From: Podarcis pityusensis
Taxonomy: Eukaryota
Length of the DNA: 64,000 nucleotides
Strand: one strand, 5' to 3'
NCBI GenBank assembly: GCA_964106645.2
Contig: OZ067044.1
In this document: positions 13,706-25,500 of the stretch, piece by piece
Position numbering within the stretch: the first letter of the stretch is position 1
How the letters are laid out: each line of letters begins with the position of its first letter
Position numbers and translations under genes: made by a program
The notes under the pieces: generated by a model
Database searches by the model: none
What the model was told of the DNA's origin: nothing
What the model saw: only the letters and a program-made list of their open reading frames with translations

Positions 13706-13962
13706 TTACTTCTTCTCCTTCTTCCCTGACTTCTTCTTGTTTCCACCTCCGGAGGCTGCAGGTTTCCCATCCCGCTTGGCTGCAGAATTGGAGAGAGTGG
13801 CTGTGCTGCCAGGGATGTACACGTTCTGTCTGTAGTCAGGGACGTGCTGCAGGGTGAACTGGGGGCCATACCTGGTGCTGAGGCCCATTGTGCCTGCTGC
13901 TGTTGCTCCTCCTCCCAGAGTAGAATTCCCATCAGGATTTGCAGCGGCGGCGGCAGCGGCTT
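13706..13962 (-). CDS. PCDHG: Pcdh-gamma constant exon 3, coding part ([19 protein letters not shown]...[22 protein letters not shown]...[11 protein letters not shown])
   Basis: Pyrimidine tract then gtgtag|AAGCC acceptor. Phases 59+89+257=405 nt close at TAA 13706-13708. Conserved Lys-rich C-terminus. Confidence 0.96.
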
Positions 13963-16900
13963 CTACACCACCACAGGGAGGGGGATTGAGAGAAGGAGAT
14001 TGGAAGGAGGAGAAAAGTCAGAAGGGCGAATTCTTAGCATAGTCGTTGCTAGATGTCAATGTATAATTTAGGGTCTCGACTACACATCATCTAGGGAAGA
14101 TGCACTCAGCCCACCTCCCCACCCCCAGAATTCTTATGAACAGCAAGCTCTTTGGCATGTGCACAAGGCTTGGGAGTGATAAGGCAGAGAGCTCTGGTTT
14201 GAAGAAGTGGCATCCTGCAGTCCGGCAAAAATAAATCCCTGCTTTTCCCTGAAGCCCAGAGGATCCGAGTGGCGAGGAAGGGAAAACTCTAGGCAAGAAC
14301 AAATAGAGGCTTGCTAGCACACTCAGAGCTGTTAGGAGCAATCCTACTATGCCCTTGTTGCATGCCTGGGCTGCTTGGGAAAAAGGTGGGTGTTAAACCC
14401 TCATCCCAAAAAGGCTGTGTGCTTTTTGCAGGGAGCCTCATGGCCAGGGAGCCACATGGGTGCTGTGTTGTGTGTCTTTTGTGACCTCTCATTTGTATGC
14501 CTTGCATTGTAATCGGCTGTGTTACTGCAGCAGTGGTGCGTGTGTGCAGGCGTGTGGGTTAGGGGTGTGTCCCTGTAATTTTTGCACTATAGACTTAAGT
14601 TTTCCATTTTTTAACAGTTGGCTTTAATGAGAGATAAACACTCCTTTTACAGTAAACAATGACATATTTGTATTTTATAAAATACAAATGCTTCTACTTA
14701 TTTTAGATTCACTGAAGATGAGCCATCTGTGGCCTGAAACTCAGCTTTTGTTGATGATGAATACATTTGCCTGTATACCCTTCTATGGACTTCTTTGTGC
14801 CATGCTTATTTCTGGAGCTTCCTTTTCATTTGACTTCCCAAAATATGAAGAATCTATGAAAATACTGAATGTGTAACAACAATAGAGCAAGGAGGAACAG
14901 GAAGAGGTATTAAAATTGTGCCAATGGACTTAACTATTTTGATTTTGGCTAGAGGAGAGACACTCTGTCCAGGAGTTAGCAGTTATGAATGGGTTTTTAA
15001 TAATGGGTTTAAAATAGTGCTTTTTTCTGGGGGGATGCAGGGGTACACATACCCCTAAACATGTTGTGTTTTTAAAACAGCAAAGGACAATCTGTCTTCT
15101 CCGCTGTCTTATCTCTTCTTAGTGACCTACCAACCCACTTCTGTGCTGTAATTTGACTGAGGAACTCGAATGAGAAAAGACCGTCCAATTGAGCTGCCCT
15201 GGTAAAGCTTTTCTGCCCTCTGGCATGAGATGGGCTTTGATTATTATGCACAGCAGGCTCCTCAAATGAAAAATAGCAGCCGGGTGCCAGAATAACATCC
15301 AAGTGCATGGAATGGCAGACTCTAGTTTTTTATGGTCTTTGGTTAATTTATTTATTAAGTCAAACGTCAGTTGCCCCACACAGAAGATTAAATTTATAAA
15401 GAAAGAGAGCACATATACTTTAACTGTTAAAAAATATTGAGTGATCAGTCTGTACCAATCGCACGATTGAACCCCTCTCTGCCCTCTTGCTTAAGAACAT
15501 GAGAAGTGCTTTGCTGTACCAGATCAAGACCCATGTAAGTCCAGCAACTACCAGGCAACAGAGGGTCTGCAGTAACTCTGCCAGTCACTCACCATTCGCC
15601 TTCTGCCTAGCCTTGCTCTAGCTCTGAGGTGGGCAGAAGGTATGTCAAGATCTACTGGCAGACCTCTGGGTTATTTGCAGTAGATTGTCTGGGGAGGGTT
15701 CCTGACTCCCAATTGTTTAATAAGCAGCTGTTGTTTTCTTTCTCAATTTGGCTGCGAAGGGGAAGAATGTTTAGGTAGAGCAGGACCCAGAGTAGATTTT
15801 TCTGTGACAGTGAGCTCAGTTCTGGTACGAAAAAAATAATAATACTCCTGAGATGACCATGCTAAGAGAGGCTCTATTTCTTAATTCTATGTAGCTCCTT
15901 TCCATAAATCCCTGTTGCGCCTGGCTTTAGTTGGTGGACCTTGGGTATGGATGGAGTCTTGATTTTCAATATGCACAGGTTCCCCCCCCCCCCCAATTTC
16001 TTGTTTCCCTCCTTAATCTCAATGGGAAACCAGCTTCCCCCACAGTTCTGCTTAAAAATATTAGCAATTATTGTATCTTATATGCATATTATGCACATAT
16101 ACACTCCAGCTTTCTAATAAGCTGCATTTGGCCTCAACATTATGTTTCACCAGTGTTCCAAAAAAAAAAAAAAAAATGCCCCTAAAAATATGCAAACTTT
16201 TTCAGAAATGTGCTGAGAATCAATCACCACAATAAACTTTTATGGGGCACTTTGAAAACTTAACTTTCTTTTGTTTTCTTGTTTGCAGCGTCTTGGCTTC
16301 TTGTTCTGGTTTTTACGCTGACTGCTTTCTATACTCCTACAGTTGCAGATCTTTTTTCATACAACAGTTTGATTTGAAGGGAAAGCACCTGTGAGAGGCT
16401 AAAATCTTGAGAGGACCACAGGCAGGGTCCCAAGGGGAAAGGGGCTGCCTAATCCTTTACTCAAGCTGCCTTCCTCCCCTATTGGGAGCAAGTCGTGGCC
16501 TCTCTTCCTCCTGTGGCTCCCTGTGGGGAGAAACAGCCTGAGAAGCTGTGGAGCAGAAGACTAGGGAAGCGATTTAGAGCAGATGAAAAGGTTAAGAAGT
16601 CTTCCTCCTCCTCCTCCCCCTCCTCCTCCTCCTCCCAGGTAGACTCTGATTTATTTCATGCTCACATTGACCTGAATTTTTGTGTCTCACCTCTTATGGC
16701 CAACAGGAGGCTAGGAAAGCAAATCTTAGAACAGGCAAAAATAAATGAGCTTGTGTCTCTGCTTGTTTCCGAAACAGAACCTTCCCAGAGAGCTCAAGGG
16801 CTTATCACTGGCGCTATGGACACTTATGTCTGTTGCCTGAGCTTTGACCACCACAAATGCTCGGACCTTTATTTAACAGCAGACAGTTCAGTTCAGGGAG

Positions 16901-17527
16901 ACCTGCTGGGGCCTGCAGACAGGTGGTGTCTAAAAATCCAGGCAACAACATTCCACCAGGCAGTTTCCTTTTATCACAGAATGCAAGTCTCCTATGTGCA
17001 CAGAAGCCAGGTTCGCTCCCATCTGCCCCATGCAATCTTAGCTCATCTGCTTACATCCTCTTAAAGTTCTCTTTTTTTTCTTTAACCAACCAAATAAATA
17101 ATCTATCTCTAAAATATCTACTCAGGATGTAAAAATTAGGCCCTTTGGAATTTCTAATTTTCTACGGTGCTTTAATTCTAATCTGTGCTGTACTTCCCCA
17201 TTTGCCTGCCTTAGGATATGGACCCAGAGGGTTTCTCTTTGATGCTTCAAAAGAACTCGTTTTTAAAACTAATTGAAGAGATTCCTAGGCTCTTCAGAAC
17301 CTTTGCAAATAATAGTTTCTCACAGAGCTCTCTCTCTCTCTCTCAACAACCATGCTAATGGATGAGGAAGAGACTTACTAAAAAGAGAAACATGGATTGA
17401 CCATTCCATTGTGCTTCATTAAACATGCAATCTATGAATGACCTCTGAATATGGCTAATGATGGATGTCACCCCAGTCTCTGTAGTTAAGCACAGTTTTT
17501 CCAAGTGACCATAGAAAGTGTTTAGAA

Positions 17528-18220
17528 CAAGGCTTCTCAAACTTTTTGTACCCAGGACCGCCTTGAGATGGCTGAAAATTACTGAGGCCCACCAGTCACA
17601 AAATGGCAGTACAGGCAGAGCCAGTCACAATGTGGTGGCAGATGAAGGCAAAGATTGATATTTTCTACTGATATCTTATCCATCTTTGGAAACTGCTAGA
17701 TTCTTTACCAAAGCCCTTTCCTTGTGGCAGGATGCTTTAAAACTCAGCTCTACTCAGGCTAAGGACTGACACTGGAGGTATTATGACTCAACCTCCCCAT
17801 TTTAGGTAGAATTTGCTGATCCAGAGGTTCTAGGTGGAGAAGGCTTTGCTTTTATATCTTTTCCTTCCCACCCATCTCCTCTAATTTCATCTCCCATTCT
17901 CCTTTCACAGACAACTTGCAACTTAACTCTCCCCTCTTCCCTTGCCAGTTTCTTTCCTTTTTCCTCCTTTCTATTCCCAGTTATCTTGCTTTCTAATTTC
18001 ATTCAACACCTCCTCTAGCCTTTTCCCTTCAGAGGAAGGAAACCTTCTCCTCTCATCCCTGATCCCCCTCTCCAATTTCTTTGTCTCCTGGTTACCTTTA
18101 CTCAGCACAAATGGAGGTGTTGGTCCAGCCCAAAGGCAGTGGCATGGCTAGGGGCCAGGGCAGACTGTGGCAATGAGGCCCCCTGAAGGTGGCCCAAGGG
18201 CCACTGTGTGACAAACACTG
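17528..18220. mobile_element. Old hAT-Charlie-type non-autonomous element
   Basis: TSD GTTTAGAA/GCTTAGAA; degenerate TIRs CAAGGCTTCTCAAAC / CAGTGTTTGTCACAC. Confidence 0.6.
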
Positions 18221-18575
18221 GCTTAGAAGATGATGGGATCCTGCACAACGCTTGTAAGGAAAGGGTGATAGCCAACATTAGTCATTCTCAGATTAGACTC
18301 AGTGAAATCAGTGGATTAACTAGGTCTATTGATTTTAATGGATCTACCCTGTCTTAGCTGGATATCATCCACAGTACATTAGTTTTCTTAGGATAAACAA
18401 AAATGCTACTTTTGAGTGCAGGGAATGTTTAGATTAGTCTCCGTTGGGTGCAAAACAGATTTCAGGTTGCACCAACAGCTACTGGGACAAGAAAACAACC
18501 ATAGCTGCCCCCCCCCCCCATATTTTGTAAATATAAAATGTAGCAGCCACTTCATATTTTTTTATTTTCAAAATA

Positions 18576-18809
18576 CAGTGGTACCTCGGGTTACATACGC
18601 TTCAGGTTATATACACTTCAGGTTACAGTCTCTGCTAACCTAGAAATAGTACCTCGGGTTAAGAACTTTGCTTCAAGATGAGAACAGAAATTGCGCAGTG
18701 GCAGCAGCAGGAGGCCCCATTAGCTAAAGTGGTGCTTCAGGTTAAGAACAGCTTCAGGTTAAGAACGGACCTCCAGAACAAATTAAGTACTTAACCCGAG
18801 GTACCACTG
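18576..18809. mobile_element. Tc1/mariner MITE (CAGTGGTACCTCGGGTTA family)
   Basis: 18-bp perfect TIRs, TA TSD; same family as 63317-63574, opposite orientation. Confidence 0.9.
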
Positions 18810-20829
18810 TATGGGGGAAACAACCATTATTGTTTATTTGTTTTTTGAATGCTCCACTGCCAAAACCTCCCTGCACATAGATAGGTAGCTCACAGCACCG
18901 TCACATTTTTTTGAAGGATAAGGTGAAAATAAAAAAATTGATCTGCGTTTGTAGCTGAGTCAAATATAAACAGCTGCATTTTAATCAGCATTGTCAATAT
19001 TTCAATGCAGTTTCATTTGAAACTAATAGATTAACCCCATAGCCTCAAAAGATAAAAATACAGACCCTATTCTCACACCATGGACTGAATGGCTGTTCAC
19101 ATCCACTATTCAGTACTGGCGTTACGTTGGGCTAAAACTGCGCAACAAAAATAGCTTTCCTTTGAAAGAAACAACATCCCAACATTACAGACCGTTTTAT
19201 TAGACAAATGCATCTGCTTGTAGTTACTGCAGAATAGCTGCAACTCAAATACATTTGGAAGCATTTGGATAGTCATAAGTCGCTTGGCAGAGATGTGATC
19301 TCCAGAGCCTTTGGTGGGGAGAGCTAAAGCGAGCAGCAAATCCAGTGAATGTATAGACACAGTAACCTATTTTTTAAAAGCCACGCTCCCTGGACTACAA
19401 ACTCAGGACAGTGATTTAGGGCTCATCCAGGCTTTCTTTTGTGTTGCACTTTCCAGGCATATGTCCGCACTCCAAAGCTCCGTAGCCAAGCAGCGTTTTG
19501 TTTTGTTTTTTGTCCTGGCGCTTTCCCTGGGGAAAACCCACGTTTTACCACTGAATCAGATTAAATGTCAATCCATAGAAACTCCGAATGCCTTTTGCTC
19601 TGATTCAGTGGTGAAGAGCAGGTTTCCGTGGGGTAAGCACCAGGACCCAAAACAAAACAAAACTGCTTGGACACAGAGCTTTGAAGCCCAGACCTGTGCC
19701 TAGAAGCACAGCACCAAATAAAGTCTGGATGAACCCTGACTGTGAAGAGGGACTTGGCAAACAGGGCCTGTTGGAGCAGACGCTAACCACTATCCGTGTT
19801 GATTTGCAGAGGCTACAGCTAAGACAAGAGGGGAATGCTTAATAAACCCCTCCCACCTCCATTTGGCAAAAATAATGGGGGAAATCTGCTTAAATGGCCA
19901 TTAGAAAGCACTGACGTGAACAGCAGGATTGCTTGAAAGCATCTCTCTTGCTTGTGTGCTTTGCTGAACTAAGCCCATTAAGTGGCTTGGGAGAGAGGTT
20001 CCGCAAATAGCAGGCACCGAAATCTCTTAAATGTGTGTGCTGCACAGGCAGCTAGAGCCTGCCTTTCCCCCCAGGAACTGCTACAGCTTCTCTGTTTCCC
20101 TTTCTACCAGATCCCCTTTGTAGATCCAGAGTGGGCTCTCTCTGGTAGAAAACAGGTGGCCCGCCTGGGAGATCTGTCCAGCCTTGCCAGGGCGCTCCCC
20201 ATTTGGTCCCAGCAAAGCATTGGTCCTGCTCTTTGCCTCCTGACATGCAGGTCCTTTACCTCCATCCTCTCTAAGGTGCCAAAGGAAGAGAGGCTTTGGC
20301 AGTGTTCTTTCCTTACACAACTTATTCCTCATTGTCTGTGTCTGGACTTGCCCACAGAACAAGCAGCTGCTAGATCACTTCCTCCTGACTGGTCTCACTG
20401 GGTGGGAGGAAGCTAAAGAGACCTTTGGGTGCCTTGGCTCCCGTGGGAGTTGACTCCATGGGCAGAGGCAATGCTGCTGGCCCTATGAGCATTGGGAAAG
20501 TGGATTAACAGCTAAATAATGCTCCGTGTGGACAAACCACTTGGAGATGTCAGCTCAGCAAGGATAAATGTGATGATTAGCTAGCTGTGTTTACCCCCAG
20601 GCAAGATATCACATCTAAAACTTGCAAGCATGCTGCAATTCTGAGCATTTCCTTGACAGTAAGTCCCACTGAGGTCAGCCTCTGAATAACCTGATCCAGA
20701 AAACACATTGTCTTCAGAAGGATTAGTTTTATGTGCATTTTGCAATTTTAACTACGTAATTAAATAAGCAATTGTCAGGGATTTCAACATTCAGATAACA
20801 GCCAGTTTGTGAAGTGATTACCTAATTTT

Positions 20830-22520
20830 GTGGTGTTTTGGATCCAGTGTGGATGGGAATGTGCTGCATTTACAGAATGGAATGCTTGTGGGTTGTTGTT
20901 TGTCCCCATGGAGCCTCCAAAGTGGGGTTCCACAGGGGTCAGTTGTATCCCCTGTGCAATTTAGCATCTACATGAAACCTCTGAGTAAGGTCCCTTTGCA
21001 TTTTGGAGTGCAGTGCTAGCACTGTGCTGATGATATGCAGCTTTGTTTCCCTCTTTGCAGCTGTAGGAGTTGTGATGGATATGCTAGACAAGTGCCTAGC
21101 ACTGATAAATGGATTAGATGGGAGCCAACAACCTTGATTTAGATAAGACTGTGGTGCTGTTACTGGGTGCTTCACTAAACCGGATGGCTGGGGTTCAGCC
21201 TGTTCTGCATGGGGTTAACACTCCTCCTGAAGGAGCAGGTACACAGTTTGGGGCTACTTCTGGATCTCTTAGTGTCACTTGAGGCACAAGTGATAACCTC
21301 TGGACAGTGATAACTTCTGTTATCCACACTCTGGTAACCTCTAAATTAGATTAATGTGTTACGCACAGAGCTGCCTTTGAAGATGGTTTGGAAACTGCAG
21401 CTAGTTCAGAAGCTGGCAGCCAGATTGCTGATTGGGATAAGGCAATCTGAGTATATAACACCAATTCTGGCCTGCAGGGGCTGCCAATTGGTTTCTGGGC
21501 TCAATTCAAAGTGCTGGTTTTTACTAACACAGCCATATTGAAATTTCTGTTTTAAGACCACCTTTTCTGTGATGTATCTGAGGGGTGGTCTTAGGTTGCA
21601 CCCCTAACGTGATGTATGTATGATGTTTCTGGGGGTGGTCTTGATCTACAGGATGGGAATTTCAAAAGTCTTTATAAGCCCTTGCACACCATTTTTCTGG
21701 GTCCTCCTCCTTTCCTGTGTGTGAGGGGAGCACCCTGTTGCAACAGATCAATAAAGATCAAGCTTACTAGCTGCTTTGCTTCTCAATATTCTCTGGTTGG
21801 CCTCTGTTATTTTCTCCTACCAATAGGAAACCTATGTAAGGACTCTATATGGGCTCTTGGGTACCCCATAAGGGAAAAGGGCATATTTTTGTTTACAACA
21901 GGACCCCAATACCTCAAGAACCACCACTCCTCATGTGACCCCACATAAATCTCAACAGAGGTCCTTCTTGGTGTGCCTTCTCTGAGGGAGGTGTGGAGGG
22001 TGACGGCTCCCCGTTTGTGAAATGCACCTGGGAAGTTCACCAGGTACCACTGCTGTTTGCTTTTAGGGACCAGACTAAAACCTATTTGTTTACCCAGGGC
22101 TGTGACTATTAATTGGGAGGGTAGTAAGTGATGCTTTCATATTCATAGGTCAGCATGCTAAGGTATTGTACAGTGGTACCTCTAGATGCGAATGGGTTCC
22201 GTTCCGGAGCCCCGTTCACATCCTGAAGCGAACGCAACCCGCGTCCACACGTCTTGTGATTCACCACTTCTGCAAATGCGCATTACATCATTTTGAGCGT
22301 CTGCACATGCGCGAGCAACGAAACCTGGAAGTAACACACTCCATTACTTCCGGGTCGCCACGGAACGCAACCCGAAAAGGCTTAACCTGAAGCGACTTCA
22401 ACCCGAGGTATGACTGTATTTTATACAGAGTTTTAATGTCTTATCCAGTTAAGTTGCTTTGGGACACACTTCTGTGTTAGAAAAGTGACAAATAAACATT
22501 AACAACAATAAAATAAATTG
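20830..22520 (+). mobile_element. Decayed L2-clade LINE (RT domain to 3' tail), interrupted
   Basis: GVPQGSVVSPVQFSIYMKPL, CADD.QL (YADD motif), KLQLVQK.AARLL, KTYLF near 22080, A-rich tail near 22500. Confidence 0.8.
22171..22416. mobile_element. Tc1/mariner MITE inserted into the 3' end of an L2 element
   Basis: TA-flanked imperfect TIRs CAGTGGTACCTC / CAGTCATACCTC; CpG-rich interior suggests a young insertion. Confidence 0.8.
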
Positions 22521-23295
22521 TGAGACTTTTGTCTGAGATTCTCTTTATAAAGTTAAACTCTGGCTTGTCTGCCACTGCTCATCAGGCAATCTGCAATTTG
22601 TGGGGCAGCTTCTGACTTCCTGGTCCCTGGAACTGTGCAGAAGACAGCTCAAAAGCAATCCTTTAATTCTCAAAGCAAGGAAATTGGATCTGGATTTGCT
22701 GAGAGACAGTGGTGAACATATGGACCCCCTAAAGCTATTTTTACCAAGACACATTTCAGAGCTGAACTGAACTTCCGCATTCTAACCCTCTCTGTTTTAA
22801 AATGTAAATGCTTTAATTCCAAAGATGCGTGTCAGTGTCCTAAACCAGCCTGAGCAACTGTTAACCAGGACTGTTTAAGATGTGTAGGCAGCTATGTGAA
22901 CAATATTTGGGAACCCGCCTCCAGCTATTTTTATGTTGAGCTTTTTTTTTAAAGAAAAAAATCCTGTATACAAACATTAATTGACTAAGAGATTAGAGTT
23001 CTTCTAAGAACAAAGAAGCCCTTTAATCTACAAAGAGTTGCAAACCAGCCAGCTGCCCATTTGCCATGGAATTCTGTATGGTGATAAATAGCGGCACAGC
23101 TATTCAGGAAGCACGCAAACCTTGGCTCTCTTGCCATAACCCTGAAGCTGTTTTAGTACAAGCTTTCTGCATAAACTTTTACAGGCATGTACATTAAATA
23201 TCCTCCACACACACACACACACACACACACCCCTCCGCTCACTCCCAGCACAGCTGAAAGTAATAACATTAGTGAACATGTTAGCTGCAACTGAC

Positions 23296-23384
23296 CATTT
23301 GCTGATGCAAGAATCATGGCTTGAAGCATTTCTGTATCAAACTGGTTGTTTGGCCAAGTCCCATTCTCATCCCCATTCTGAGAC
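23296..23384 (-). CDS. PCDHG: Pcdh-gamma constant exon 2 (89 bp; [29 protein letters not shown])
   Basis: Acceptor ctccttag|GTCT, donor AATG|gtcagt; canonical [19 protein letters not shown] motif. Confidence 0.96.
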
Positions 23385-24044
23385 CTAAGGAGAAAGCAAA
23401 GCAAAGGAAACATTAAAAAGAGGCAGAGTAGACACAGTGCTAACAATCTAAGGGATCACTTCCTCCACAAAGCACACACAGCACAGTCTATTCTTAGTAT
23501 TGGTTTTTGGGGTGGGGGTGGGGGTGGGGAGAAAGCACAAGGTACAAGGGAGGTATCCTTTTTTGAGGGACTAATTTCTTCATGGGTGTACTCTTAACTG
23601 GGAACCTACTGCAAAGCAAACCTACTGTCCCTTTAAAAGTTGTGCAAGAGTGCTTGTTATGCAAGGAAAAGAAAAAAACTTTTCCTACAGACATTCTCTC
23701 TGGTACACAACAGCGTCTTATGGCACATTAAAACAGATTTATTGTGACATTAGCTTTTGTGGACTAGAGCCTACTTTGGCAGATGCATGAAGTTTTCTCC
23801 TCAGTATTTCATGCAACTCATGATTCACAAAGCACATGCCGCAATAATGACAAAAACATCTGTTATTTTTGCTGCTCACAGGTCTACCCCTCTGGAATTT
23901 ACTGTTATTGGAGCCCCAATCCCCAATAACTGGGCATGCTGTTTAGCAGGGCATGGAGCCCGTTTAGTGTACTTAGGATACTGACAATAACTTGCTGAAC
24001 ACAGTTAAGAAGCTCAACACATAAGTTACACATTATGTTGCCTC

Positions 24045-24296
24045 TAAAATTTCTCCGATGAGAACAGGGACGTTCCATTCCTTAATGATAATTTTACTAT
24101 TTATACCCCACATATATTACAGGATTGCCTTCAGATGGCTCAGGGGTCAGATAACTCCACAACCTCCAACATTTCTCCAATGAAAATAGCGACATTCTAA
24201 GGGAAAGTGGGACATTCTGGGATCAAATGAGAAATATGGATGGGGTCTCTAAATCAGGGACATCCCTGGAAAATAGGGACAATTGGAGAGTCTGTA
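24045..24296. mobile_element. Non-autonomous DNA-element fragments (same family flanks the MITE at ~55914-56316)
   Basis: CAACATTTCTCC(A/G)ATGAAAATAG(G/C)GAC motif repeated here; its reverse complement is at 56281-56312. Confidence 0.55.
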
Positions 24297-25192
24297 ATGC
24301 ATTTGTGCCTGAGTATGTGCCTCTGTATCCTGACAATAAGTAATGGTAGATTCTTACTCCTCTCTTCTGAAACTGTGAGCCAGGAGTTTCATGTCAGGGT
24401 GCAATGATCCAGGTGGATTAGGAGACCCACTGTTTCTCTCTCATTCTTGAAAAGCCGTGTTTCATATATATTTCATTTTTTAACAATAAGTGGCACAATG
24501 CCACGGGAAAATAAAACTCTCCCCCCCTTCTAGCAAGTCACATCCATGAAGGGGTGCAATCAAAGGCTTTTGGACCCACAAAGCTCTATTTGCTGCTTAC
24601 ATTAAAACAAAAGGCGGTATGGGAGACGGGGAAATTGGCAGCACTTTCTACCAAATCAAGATGCCAAAGCAGATCCCTTCAGCTGCAGAACCACTTCACA
24701 CTGCCTGTAAAACTGTTACTTGAGCTGTTGACTCAGCTAATTCTAATATCCTGGTGTCTACTTCTTGCATTGATTTATAGTCTGACCTTATTTGTATACT
24801 TACAAGCAGGTCCCACTGATTCAAAGTAATCAGAACTTACTTCCAAATAAGTGCAGCTGTAGGGACAACCATGCAACTCCATCACTGCTTGGCCTTCAAT
24901 GTTTTCCCAATGTCCGCAATATACTCTAAAATACTTTTAAAAAAGTAATCACTGGGCACTTACTAAGAGTACAATCCACCATGGTGACTGAGGCCAGTTC
25001 ATGTCCCAAACCCAGACTGGAACGGGTCCAGATAATCTGCTTCTTCCAAGAGTACCTGGAGTTGAGCTGCCACTAGCTTCTCTAGAACCTTCACCTTAAA
25101 CAGGGTGTTTGTGACAAAGCAGTATTGTCAAAAACTCTGGGTCCAGGGTAGGATCCTTCAAGAATGGGCACACTACTGCCCTTTAGATATTT

Positions 25193-25500
25193 CATAGAAT
25201 CATAGAGTTGGAAGGAACCCAAGGGGCATCTAGTCCAATTCCCTACAATGCAGCAGGAATCTCAGCTAAAACATCCATGACAGATTGCCATCCAAACTCT
25301 ACTTAAAAACCTCCAAGGAAGGAGAGTCCACAACCTCCCGAGGGAGATTTGAAAATGGCTAACCTTTCTCCTCTCAGTCTCCTCTTCTCTAGGCTAAACA
25401 TATCCAACTCTCTCAACCATTCCCCATAAGGCTTGGTTTCCAGACCCTTAACCATCTTGGCTAACCTCCTCTATACACGTTCCGGCTTGTCAATATCATC
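25193..25500 (-). mobile_element. CR1 LINE 3' fragment
   Basis: CATAGAATCATAGAGTTGGAAGG...CATCTAGTCCAA signature of CR1 3' ends. Confidence 0.75.
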
